Positions 1-6,410 of a DNA stretch of 13,271 nt are shown here, one piece after another; positions within the stretch are counted from its first letter, which is position 1; each line of letters opens with the position of its first letter. A program made the translations under genes and the position numbers. This DNA comes from Candidatus Heimdallarchaeota archaeon (GTDB lineage: Archaea; Asgardarchaeota; Heimdallarchaeia; Heimdallarchaeales; Heimdallarchaeaceae), in NCBI GenBank assembly GCA_030668825.1, contig DAOVET010000073.1:1-13271 (forward strand), in the 5' to 3' direction. The notes beneath the pieces are model-generated. The model was not told the DNA's origin and did not search any database. It worked only from the letters and a program-made list of their open reading frames with translations.

Positions 1-140
1 GTTAAGGAAGTGCCTAAAGCTGAGGTTAAGGAAGTGCCTAAAGCTGAAGTCAAGGAAGTGCCTAAAGCTGAGGTTAAGGAAGTGCCTAAAGCTGAAGTCA
101 AGGAAGTGCCTAAAGCTGAGGTTAAGGAAGTGCCTAAAGC
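1..140 (+). repeat. Coding 24-bp tandem repeat, about 5.8 copies (GTYAAGGAAGTGCCTAAAGCTGAR), with a 48-bp higher-order period
   Basis: Units start at 1, 25, 49, 73, 97 and 121. From base 25, GTT..GAA and GTC..GAG variants alternate. Confidence 0.95.
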
Positions 141-414
141 AGCACCCGAAGCTGTGCCAAAGGAAAAACTTCCTATTAAGAAACCTGCAGAGAAAAAGCC
201 TGTTGCACCAAAAGTTGATATTTCATCGATTAAGGGTATTGGTGCTAAAACAGCAATGCTTCTCAAAGAAAATGGTTTCAACACAGTCGATAAAATTGCT
301 AAAGCTACAGTTGAAGATCTTTCCAAGGTCCCAGGTATTGGTCCTGCCACTGCTGAAGCTATGAACAAAGAGGCTAAGAATTTGTTAGCCAAAAGTAAGG
401 AGGAAGCTAAGTAG
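1..414 (+). CDS. Partial gene (5' end outside window): PEVK-like repeat linker plus C-terminal double helix-hairpin-helix domain; by position possibly an extended ribosomal protein uS4
   Basis: Frame is open from base 1. (VKEVPKAE)n is followed by HhH motifs IKGIGAKTA and VPGIGPATA. It ends 8 nt before rps11, the slot uS4 occupies in the archaeal S13-S4-S11 order. No S4 core is visible in the window. Confidence 0.75.
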   Translation, partial: VKEVPKAEVKEVPKAEVKEVPKAEVKEVPKAEVKEVPKAEVKEVPKAAPEAVPKEKLPIKKPAEKKPVAPKVDISSIKGIGAKTAMLLKENGFNTVDKIAKATVEDLSKVPGIGPATAEAMNKEAKNLLAKSKEEAK

Positions 415-418
415 GTGA
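413..418 (+). promoter_or_regulatory. Ribosome-binding site AGGTGA for rps11
   Basis: AGGTGA overlaps the upstream TAG and lies 4 nt before ATG 423. The same motif precedes queD and queC. Confidence 0.8.
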
Positions 419-422
419 TTTT

Positions 423-1172
423 ATGAGTGAAGATAAAAAAGAAAAGAAAGAACAGGCTAAGAAAACTAAGGAAGACGTTGAAACTCCTAAAGTAGAAGCG
501 AAAGTTGAAACTCCTAAGAAGGAGAAGAAAACTTCCACTACTAAGAAGCAAGAAAAAACCGAAGCTCCTAAAAAAGAAAAGAAAGCCGAACCAAAGAAAC
601 CTAAAGAGACTAAAGATAAAGAAGCCAAGGATGAAGCTAAACCCAAGAAAGAAAAAACTGAAGCTCCTATAAAAGAAAAATCTAAAACCAAAGAAGAAGC
701 TAAACCCGAAGAAAAGGCTAAATCTGAAGAGAAATCTAAACCCGATGCTAAACCTGAATCTGAAGCCAGAGCTAGAACCAGAAGAAGAGATTCTAAATTC
801 GGTATCGCTCATATCTTTTCCAGTTACAATGATACTATCGTTCATATCACCGACATTTCAGGTGCTGAAACATTCAGCCGTAAAAGTGGAGGGATGTTTG
901 TTAAAGCAGACAGAAATGAATCAAGTCCATATGCAGCGATGAAAGCAGCAAACTCAGCAGCACAAGAAGCGCAAAGTAAAGGAATATACCAGCTGTATGT
1001 ACGTTATAGGGCACCAGGAGGACATAAGAACAGGACACCTGGACCGGGAACACAAGCAGCATTAAGGGCGTTGAAAAGGTCAGGAATGAGGATATTAAGA
1101 CTAGAAGATGTAACTCCTTTAACTCATGATGTATGTAGACGCAAATGTGGCATTAGAGGCCGTAGAATGTAA
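423..1172 (+). CDS. rps11: 30S ribosomal protein uS11 (archaeal S11) with a Lys/Glu/Pro-rich N-terminal extension of about 115 aa
   Basis: [64 protein letters not shown] and RGRRM are archaeal/eukaryotic uS11 signatures. Confidence 0.97.
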   Translation: MSEDKKEKKEQAKKTKEDVETPKVEAKVETPKKEKKTSTTKKQEKTEAPKKEKKAEPKKPKETKDKEAKDEAKPKKEKTEAPIKEKSKTKEEAKPEEKAKSEEKSKPDAKPESEARARTRRRDSKFGIAHIFSSYNDTIVHITDISGAETFSRKSGGMFVKADRNESSPYAAMKAANSAAQEAQSKGIYQLYVRYRAPGGHKNRTPGPGTQAALRALKRSGMRILRLEDVTPLTHDVCRRKCGIRGRRM

Positions 1173-1210
1173 GTTTTTCTACAGTTTTACTCTTTTTTTA
1201 TTTTGTTTTT
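1155..1210 (+). repeat. Copy 1 of the rps11 3'-end plus T-rich terminator repeat
   Basis: AGAGGCCGTAGAATGTAA (1155-1172) is followed by CAGTTTTACTCTTTTTT (1182-1198). Related copies start at 4154 and 4717. Confidence 0.85.
1174..1210 (+). terminator. Oligo-T archaeal terminator after rps11
   Basis: Several T5-T7 runs directly follow the stop codon. Confidence 0.65.
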
Positions 1211-1266
1211 AGTTTGACATTATTGGCCTTTTTATTCCATTTTCTAGATAATTATATAGGATTTAA

Positions 1267-1977
1267 ATGGTAATAGATGAAAAGAAGAATTTCTCTTGTG
1301 AAATTTGTGGTCGTAGCTTTTCAAGAAAAGATAGTTTGTATAGACATGTTCGATCAGTTCATTCCGAAACTAAGAAATACAAATGCAAGGATTGCAAGCT
1401 CTCTTTTTCTCGTAAAGATACCTTAGATCGTCATGTTAGTGATGTTCATAAACAAATACGAAAGCATGTTTGTAATGAATGTGGAGAGAAATTCAAACAA
1501 CCTGGTGCTCTAAAAAGACATATTCAAACAATGCATGAAAAAGATGTATTTTATGAGTGTCCACATTGTGATGCAGAGTTTTCTCGAACTGATTCTTTAA
1601 ACCGTCATATCAATGCAGTTCATCTAAACCTTCGTCCCCATATTTGTAAAGAATGCGGCGCTTCTTTTAAGTTGTCAGGTCATCTTAAGGAGCACATAAT
1701 ATCTGTACATACAAACAAACGAATTCATGTGTGTGAGGAATGTGGTTTTGCATTTAAGCTTCGTAGTCAGCTCAAAGATCATATTAGAGTTGTTCATCAA
1801 GACTTGCGTCCTCATGTATGTGAAGAATGTGAAAAAGAGTTTCATCATGCAGGAAGTTTGAGGAAACATATAGTATCTGTGCATACTGATAATCTTCCAT
1901 ATGTTTGCGAAACCTGTAAGAGGGGTTTTGCCGACCCAAGCAATCTATATAACCACAAAAAAGCTAATGCTTGCTGA
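1267..1977 (+). CDS. Tandem C2H2 zinc-finger protein, 8 fingers (last one C2HC); probable N-terminal part of a zinc-finger nuclease
   Basis: Seven C-x2-C-x12-H-x4-H units at a 29-aa period with conserved F and L, plus CETC..H-x5-C. It ends in a TGA in frame with the next ORF. Confidence 0.95.
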   Translation: MVIDEKKNFSCEICGRSFSRKDSLYRHVRSVHSETKKYKCKDCKLSFSRKDTLDRHVSDVHKQIRKHVCNECGEKFKQPGALKRHIQTMHEKDVFYECPHCDAEFSRTDSLNRHINAVHLNLRPHICKECGASFKLSGHLKEHIISVHTNKRIHVCEECGFAFKLRSQLKDHIRVVHQDLRPHVCEECEKEFHHAGSLRKHIVSVHTDNLPYVCETCKRGFADPSNLYNHKKANAC

Positions 1978-2010
1978 TATACTTCTACTACAGCTTATAA
2001 ATGGGAGGAG

Positions 2011-2430
2011 TTGTGTAAAGAAATAGCAGAGGTTTTGTTAGCTGGTTTAGATTGGAAGTGGAAACCTAAGATAGATACTCCTGAGATTGAAGAGCAGAGT
2101 TGGATTCAACCTGAGATAGTTGTATACTACGAAAATAATACGAAAAGAATCATTGATGCTAAGAGGTCTACTCAAGCGATATTCAAGGAGAAGGATTTGA
2201 AAGTATATCCGAGAGTGGCTGAGAAGGTGGAGTTCTGGTGCCTCTACGGTAAAACTGCAGGAATGTTTGAAGAAAAAGAAAGCATAATTGCTAAGTCTAG
2301 TGAGGAAATCATTACTGAGCTTGAGGAAAGGAAAACTAAATCTAGTGAAGATGAAATAGGAGAAGTAATTAGAAAGATAATTTTTCTTAGACGAGGTCTA
2401 GATTTTAAAACTCAAAAATCACTAGTATAA
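2011..2430 (+). CDS. PD-(D/E)xK restriction-endonuclease-like domain; open from 1978, in frame with the zinc-finger ORF
   Basis: WEELCKEIA helix (begins before the TTG), IQPEIVV and IIDAKRS match the E...PD...(D/E)xK layout. No stop lies between 1978 and 2427. Confidence 0.65.
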   Translation: MCKEIAEVLLAGLDWKWKPKIDTPEIEEQSWIQPEIVVYYENNTKRIIDAKRSTQAIFKEKDLKVYPRVAEKVEFWCLYGKTAGMFEEKESIIAKSSEEIITELEERKTKSSEDEIGEVIRKIIFLRRGLDFKTQKSLV

Positions 2431-2434
2431 ATTA

Positions 2435-3259
2435 CTAAATATCTGAGCCCCACTTATAGGGAAGAGTATTTTTATATCCAAATTTTTTCAGAAGCTCATG
2501 AACAAGTTGTGGAATGTGGTTTCCTCTAAATTCACGAATTTCATTAATAATATCGTCTTCCTTCCCTACTATAATCTTCTGCCATAAATCAGGTTTGTAG
2601 CGTACCAAATTAGATAGCATCCATGATCCAGTAAACGTCTCCAAGTACCTAAATCCTTCGATAACCTCACTAAGAACTGGCTTATATTTTCCTGGTAAGT
2701 AATCATCTATCCTAGGATATCCTTTCAATTCTATATTACAGAAGATTACTATTAGTCCATAAAAAACCCCTCTATTAGATACCTCAGCAGATATATAAGG
2801 AGGTTTATTCTGATATTTTTTCTCAATATTTAAGCCATGATGAGTAAAGAAGAAAACCTCATTTTTTACATTATAATGAAGCATTAATGCACCTTTTACA
2901 CATTGTAACAAAGCATAATACTCTACTAAAGGACTAGAATTTTCATTCATGGTCAGAGATGTTTTAAACATTTCATAGCCCTGTTGGAAGTAAATACTAG
3001 CTCTAGTGGCAATATCTGCAAAATCATCGTTTGAATCTCTAGCCTGTAATAGATTCTTTTTGTTTATTTTGTCTTCAAGATAGTTTATCTTAGTTATACT
3101 TCTTTTCTTCTCTTTCAACAACTCCGATTTCGCTTCTTGAGTTCTCTCTAGTCTACTGTAGTGAGGATTGTAAACGTTCTCTAACTGTGTTTTCACAAAA
3201 AATGGTACTGTAAATTTTTGCAAGTTATACAGAACAACGTGGTAATACTTGTCTAACAT
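2435..3259 (-). CDS. YaaC-like family protein
   Basis: SSPLVEYYALLQCVKG, THHGL and MLSNLVRYKPDLW resemble YaaC motifs. ATG 3259 is preceded by GGGAG, so it is preferred over TTG 3280. Confidence 0.65.
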   Translation of the reverse strand: MLDKYYHVVLYNLQKFTVPFFVKTQLENVYNPHYSRLERTQEAKSELLKEKKRSITKINYLEDKINKKNLLQARDSNDDFADIATRASIYFQQGYEMFKTSLTMNENSSPLVEYYALLQCVKGALMLHYNVKNEVFFFTHHGLNIEKKYQNKPPYISAEVSNRGVFYGLIVIFCNIELKGYPRIDDYLPGKYKPVLSEVIEGFRYLETFTGSWMLSNLVRYKPDLWQKIIVGKEDDIINEIREFRGNHIPQLVHELLKKFGYKNTLPYKWGSDI

Positions 3260-3366
3260 ATTAACTCCCAACTTCTTCAAATGTAATTATTGCATATCTA
3301 TTTGAGTTTTTTTCACATACTATGCATAAATTTTTTTAATCTTCTATTTATTGTTAGAAATTGGTA

Positions 3367-3924
3367 ATGAGGATGCGTGAGCTTGACAAGAGAAGAATTT
3401 TACAGCTGAAAAAGGATTTTGTTGATTTAATAAGACACGAAACAAAAACATGGCAATCAGTTGAGGAAGAAGTAATTTTTGAACTTAATGGTGGAGTAGA
3501 AAGACTGGATGTGGTTGCAAAAGGAAGCGATGGTTTAAAATATGGTTTTGATCTGCGATTTCTGAAAGGGTCTCCTTCCACTAGAATAATTCAATTCGAG
3601 TGGGACATAGGTATCAGGGCTTTAGTGAAAAGGAGAATAATGATTGGGGATTCTGGCATAGATAAATGGGTTGTAGTTCTTTTAGGAATAGATAGAAAAC
3701 TAATGCGTCATAACATATACAATCGAGATACAGATATTTCTCTTTGGCAATTCTCTCAAGCGGATATTTGGGAATTCATTAATTTGTATGACCCTAAGAA
3801 GCTCTCAGTAGCTCGAAAAGAACCTCTAGAGGAATATTTCTCTTTACTTCTAGGATCAATGGAAGCCAAAGAAATTGTAAGGAAAGTAAAGGGGGGGGTT
3901 GATAACATCTCAAGATCTTGTTGA
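3367..3924 (+). CDS. Hypothetical protein, possible restriction-endonuclease-like fold with atypical catalytic motif
   Basis: VEEEVIF..ERLDVVAK..YGFDLRF resembles E..RxD..(D/E)xK with Lys replaced by Arg. The first ATG is at 3367. Confidence 0.5.
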   Translation: MRMRELDKRRILQLKKDFVDLIRHETKTWQSVEEEVIFELNGGVERLDVVAKGSDGLKYGFDLRFLKGSPSTRIIQFEWDIGIRALVKRRIMIGDSGIDKWVVVLLGIDRKLMRHNIYNRDTDISLWQFSQADIWEFINLYDPKKLSVARKEPLEEYFSLLLGSMEAKEIVRKVKGGVDNISRSC

Positions 3925-4171
3925 TACTACAAACAAAGTATATGAAAGGGCTTTAAAAGAAGCTGATCCACTAGTAAAAGAGCTTGTAACTGCAATATTT
4001 GGTGATTTTATTATGGGGGGGTTGGTTGCTGGAGGTATTTTTGTGCTTATTGATACAACTGTAGACTATAATGTACTTAAACTCAGTTTGGGTCTTGTCT
4101 GTGTATCTGTAGGCATTATAGCTTGGCTAATAAGATTTTTTGTGAAAAAAAGAAGAAGCCGTATAATGTAA
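3899..4171 (+). CDS. Small membrane protein with two predicted transmembrane helices
   Basis: Two hydrophobic stretches (FIMGGLVAGGIFVLI; LSLGLVCVSVGIIAWLIRFFV) and a basic tail. It overlaps the upstream gene by 26 nt and ends in repeat copy 2. Confidence 0.6.
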   Translation: MITSQDLVDTTNKVYERALKEADPLVKELVTAIFGDFIMGGLVAGGIFVLIDTTVDYNVLKLSLGLVCVSVGIIAWLIRFFVKKRRSRIM

Positions 4172-4206
4172 TTTTATCCTTTTTTCATTTTTATTTTTCT
4201 TATACT
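4154..4206 (+). repeat. Copy 2 of the rps11 3'-end plus terminator repeat
   Basis: AGAAGCCGTATAATGTAA is 16/18 identical to 1155-1172. The T-rich tail ending TATACT resembles that of copy 3. Confidence 0.8.
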
Positions 4207-4249
4207 TTTGTGCTTATTCTTATATATTGAAATAATAAACCATTTCTTA

Positions 4250-4699
4250 ATGAATCTTGAAATCGATCTTTCTAAACTCAATTACAAATTCCATTGCAAA
4301 CCATTACTTATTGGAGGAAAAGCTATGGAGTATTATGAACTTCGTAAAGTTGGTAATGATGTTGATTTTGTTTTAGCTCTTGAAGACTATGAAGGATTAA
4401 AAGAGATCTACTCAGAACCAGAGTATCATAGAGATTTATTTGGTGATCTTGGAGTTATAGTTCATGAATTCGAGCTTTGGAAATGTATATGTCTATTCAA
4501 TTATGATTTTTTATCCGAGAAAGCAATAGAGATGGAAGAATATTTGATCGTTTCACTGGAGAAACTACTCTTTTTGAAAGCTTTAGCAATGAAAGAAGAA
4601 AAATATCATAAGGATTTAGAACTTTTAGTACAGAAAATCTTGAAAATTCAATATGATACGAAACTTGATGAGAAGTATAAGAAAGATTTGAAAATGTGA
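4250..4699 (+). CDS. Nucleotidyltransferase-like protein (Pol-beta superfamily)
   Basis: LLIGGKAM..GNDVDFVL matches hGG..DxD. TTATATAT at 4220-4227 suggests a leaderless start at ATG 4250. Confidence 0.7.
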   Translation: MNLEIDLSKLNYKFHCKPLLIGGKAMEYYELRKVGNDVDFVLALEDYEGLKEIYSEPEYHRDLFGDLGVIVHEFELWKCICLFNYDFLSEKAIEMEEYLIVSLEKLLFLKALAMKEEKYHKDLELLVQKILKIQYDTKLDEKYKKDLKM

Positions 4700-4716
4700 T
4701 ATTTGAAAAGCAATAT

Positions 4717-4780
4717 AGAAGCCGTATAATGCAAAAATTCTCCAGTTTTACTCTTTTTTCTTATTTATTTTACATATACT
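4717..4780 (+). repeat. Copy 3 of the rps11 3'-end plus terminator repeat
   Basis: AGAAGCCGTATAATG is an exact 15-nt match to copy 2. CAGTTTTACTCTTTTTT (4743-4759) is an exact 17-nt match to copy 1. Confidence 0.85.
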
Positions 4781-4868
4781 ATTAATTTACTCTTGTTTCC
4801 TATTTGTTGTAGTTGATTTTTTATAGGAAAATATCTTTCCCTTCTTAAAGATGGTTTAGGTTACTGAA

Positions 4869-5489
4869 ATGGCAGATATTATTAAGGAAATTTCAAAAAA
4901 CAAGAAACCTATTCAAAGTAGAGAACAGCTAGAAGAAGTACTAATCACAATTTTTGATGAAATAGGAGAAGTAATTGGAAAACATGAATATCGAATTGTT
5001 GGTACAGCTGCAGCTTTATTGCAAAATGTAGAAATCTCCACAAATGACGTAGATATTTTGTTTAAAGAAAGAGAAGGAATAGATGAAGTACATCAAATCT
5101 TGTCTAAATTTAATTGTCTTAAGAAGCCAGAATTTCTTGGTAATGAAGAAGTGGGAGGACAATATTTAGCTATTTATGAGATAGGAGAAATAACTGTAGA
5201 ACTTAGCACTGTGGAGTACGAAGCTGAAACAGATGGGATGGAATGTTTTGGAAAAGGACCATGGAAACATTATGAGACAATAAAAATAGAAAATTATGAG
5301 ATTCCAGTGATTAGACTAGAGTTAAGATTAATTTCGGAAGTGTATAGAAAACGGGAAGAAAGAGTAGACCAACTCATAAAGCATTTACGAGATAAAAAAT
5401 GTAACTTGAGTCTAATAAGAAGAGGATTGTCTGAGCGAAAAATATCAGAAGAAACTCAAAAGAATATAATTGCCAAAATAAAAGGATAA
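4869..5489 (+). CDS. Nucleotidyltransferase-like protein (Pol-beta superfamily)
   Basis: YRIVGTAAALLQNV..TNDVDILF matches hG[ST]..DxD. Confidence 0.7.
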   Translation: MADIIKEISKNKKPIQSREQLEEVLITIFDEIGEVIGKHEYRIVGTAAALLQNVEISTNDVDILFKEREGIDEVHQILSKFNCLKKPEFLGNEEVGGQYLAIYEIGEITVELSTVEYEAETDGMECFGKGPWKHYETIKIENYEIPVIRLELRLISEVYRKREERVDQLIKHLRDKKCNLSLIRRGLSERKISEETQKNIIAKIKG

Positions 5490-5525
5490 AAATGTGGAGT
5501 ATTGTTTCAATCAGTTAATTCTGAA

Positions 5526-6410
5526 TCAATGCTCAAAGTCCTTAAACATAACTACAATCACAGAACCTGGTCCTGTAAAACAATATGTGATGCCACTCAT
5601 TGGAATAACTCCATAGAAATTTACTTCAGGAAATCGAGTGGTAAGAATCTGTTTTGCAAGAGTTGATCCTTCTTCTGCATTCCCAGAAACGATATAACAT
5701 CCCAAATTCTCGAAGTTTTTCATCGAGATATATGCTTGAGTTACAATAGCTTCTACTGCTTCTTCATATGACTTTGCTTGATTAAAAGAATTAATCACAC
5801 CATCTTGTGTTCCTTCCAAACAAGGATAAATACTCAGAAGAGACCCCATAACGAATTTGACAAGTCCTATTCTACCACTTCTTTGTAAGTATTTTAAGCT
5901 CTCAAATGTAAATGTTGTTTTTAGTTCGTTACTCTTGAAATCATTCAGAAGAGAAGTTATCGCCTTGAAATTCTTACCTTCTTTAAGAAATTCTGCTGCT
6001 TTAATAACCAAGATTCCTACCCCAAAAGATCCTTCTTTAGAGTCATACTGATGGAATTTGCTCTTCCCTCCTTGTTTTTGATATTGGATGATGCTTGCTC
6101 TAACTGTATTAACGATTCCAGTCCCCCTTGATGTCATATTAATTATGAAGATAATCTCATATCCTTCCTCTTCCAAGTGTTTGAAAGTGTTTACAAAATA
6201 ATTTATGCTTGGTTGAATGGGTTTTGGAACCTTTTTACTGGTATGGATTCTTTTCAAAAATTCATCATAAGTGATTTCACTTGGATATATTAGTTCTTCA
6301 TTAGTGTCTGGAAACTCTACGGGTACTTGTATTGTAAAAATGTTGTATTTTTCTATTAAATTTGAAGGAATATCGGCAGCTATATTTGCAAGGATGATTG
6401 CACCAGTCAT
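5526..6410 (-). CDS. DegV/FakB family lipid-binding protein (divergent)
   Basis: ADIP, QPS, YDSK..SFGVG, LKYLQRSGRIG, LLSIYPCL..DGVI and TGPG. The domain begins at ATG 6410, not 6473. Confidence 0.85.
   Translation of the reverse strand: MTGAIILANIAADIPSNLIEKYNIFTIQVPVEFPDTNEELIYPSEITYDEFLKRIHTSKKVPKPIQPSINYFVNTFKHLEEEGYEIIFIINMTSRGTGIVNTVRASIIQYQKQGGKSKFHQYDSKEGSFGVGILVIKAAEFLKEGKNFKAITSLLNDFKSNELKTTFTFESLKYLQRSGRIGLVKFVMGSLLSIYPCLEGTQDGVINSFNQAKSYEEAVEAIVTQAYISMKNFENLGCYIVSGNAEEGSTLAKQILTTRFPEVNFYGVIPMSGITYCFTGPGSVIVVMFKDFEH

Larger units (their letters stand above)
1173..4780. mobile_element. Putative insertion island / homing-element array at the rps11 3' end
   Basis: Bounded and subdivided by degenerate direct repeats of the rps11 3' end. 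Cargo is nuclease-like, YaaC-like and nucleotidyltransferase genes. No integrase or transposase is seen. Confidence 0.6.

Noticed and set aside
1-140. 24-bp repeats as a CRISPR array
   Set aside because: They are head-to-tail with no spacers, in frame, and vary only at synonymous positions.
407-942. ORFs 407-691 (-) and 745-942 (+)
   Set aside because: Shadow frames of rps11; the hydrophobic look is simply the antisense of Lys/Glu codons.
1975-1977. Selenocysteine at the TGA
   Set aside because: I could not identify a SECIS-like hairpin, the position is not a redox motif, and the last zinc ligand is already supplied by the preceding Cys. Not formally excluded.
2004-2013. GGAGGAG as a ribosome-binding site for TTG 2011
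   Set aside because: It abuts the start codon with no spacing and is explained by the Trp-Glu-Glu codons.
1675-3581. ORFs 1675-1884 (-) and 3354-3581 (-)
   Set aside because: Antisense to better-supported genes, with no motifs.
1155-4780. Integron or IS element
   Set aside because: There is no tyrosine recombinase or transposase, and the repeats are direct gene-end copies, not palindromic attC sites or terminal inverted repeats.
4796-4840. Short inverted repeats TTTCCTAT/ATAGGAAA and GGAAA/TTTCC
   Set aside because: Too short and AT-rich to distinguish from chance.
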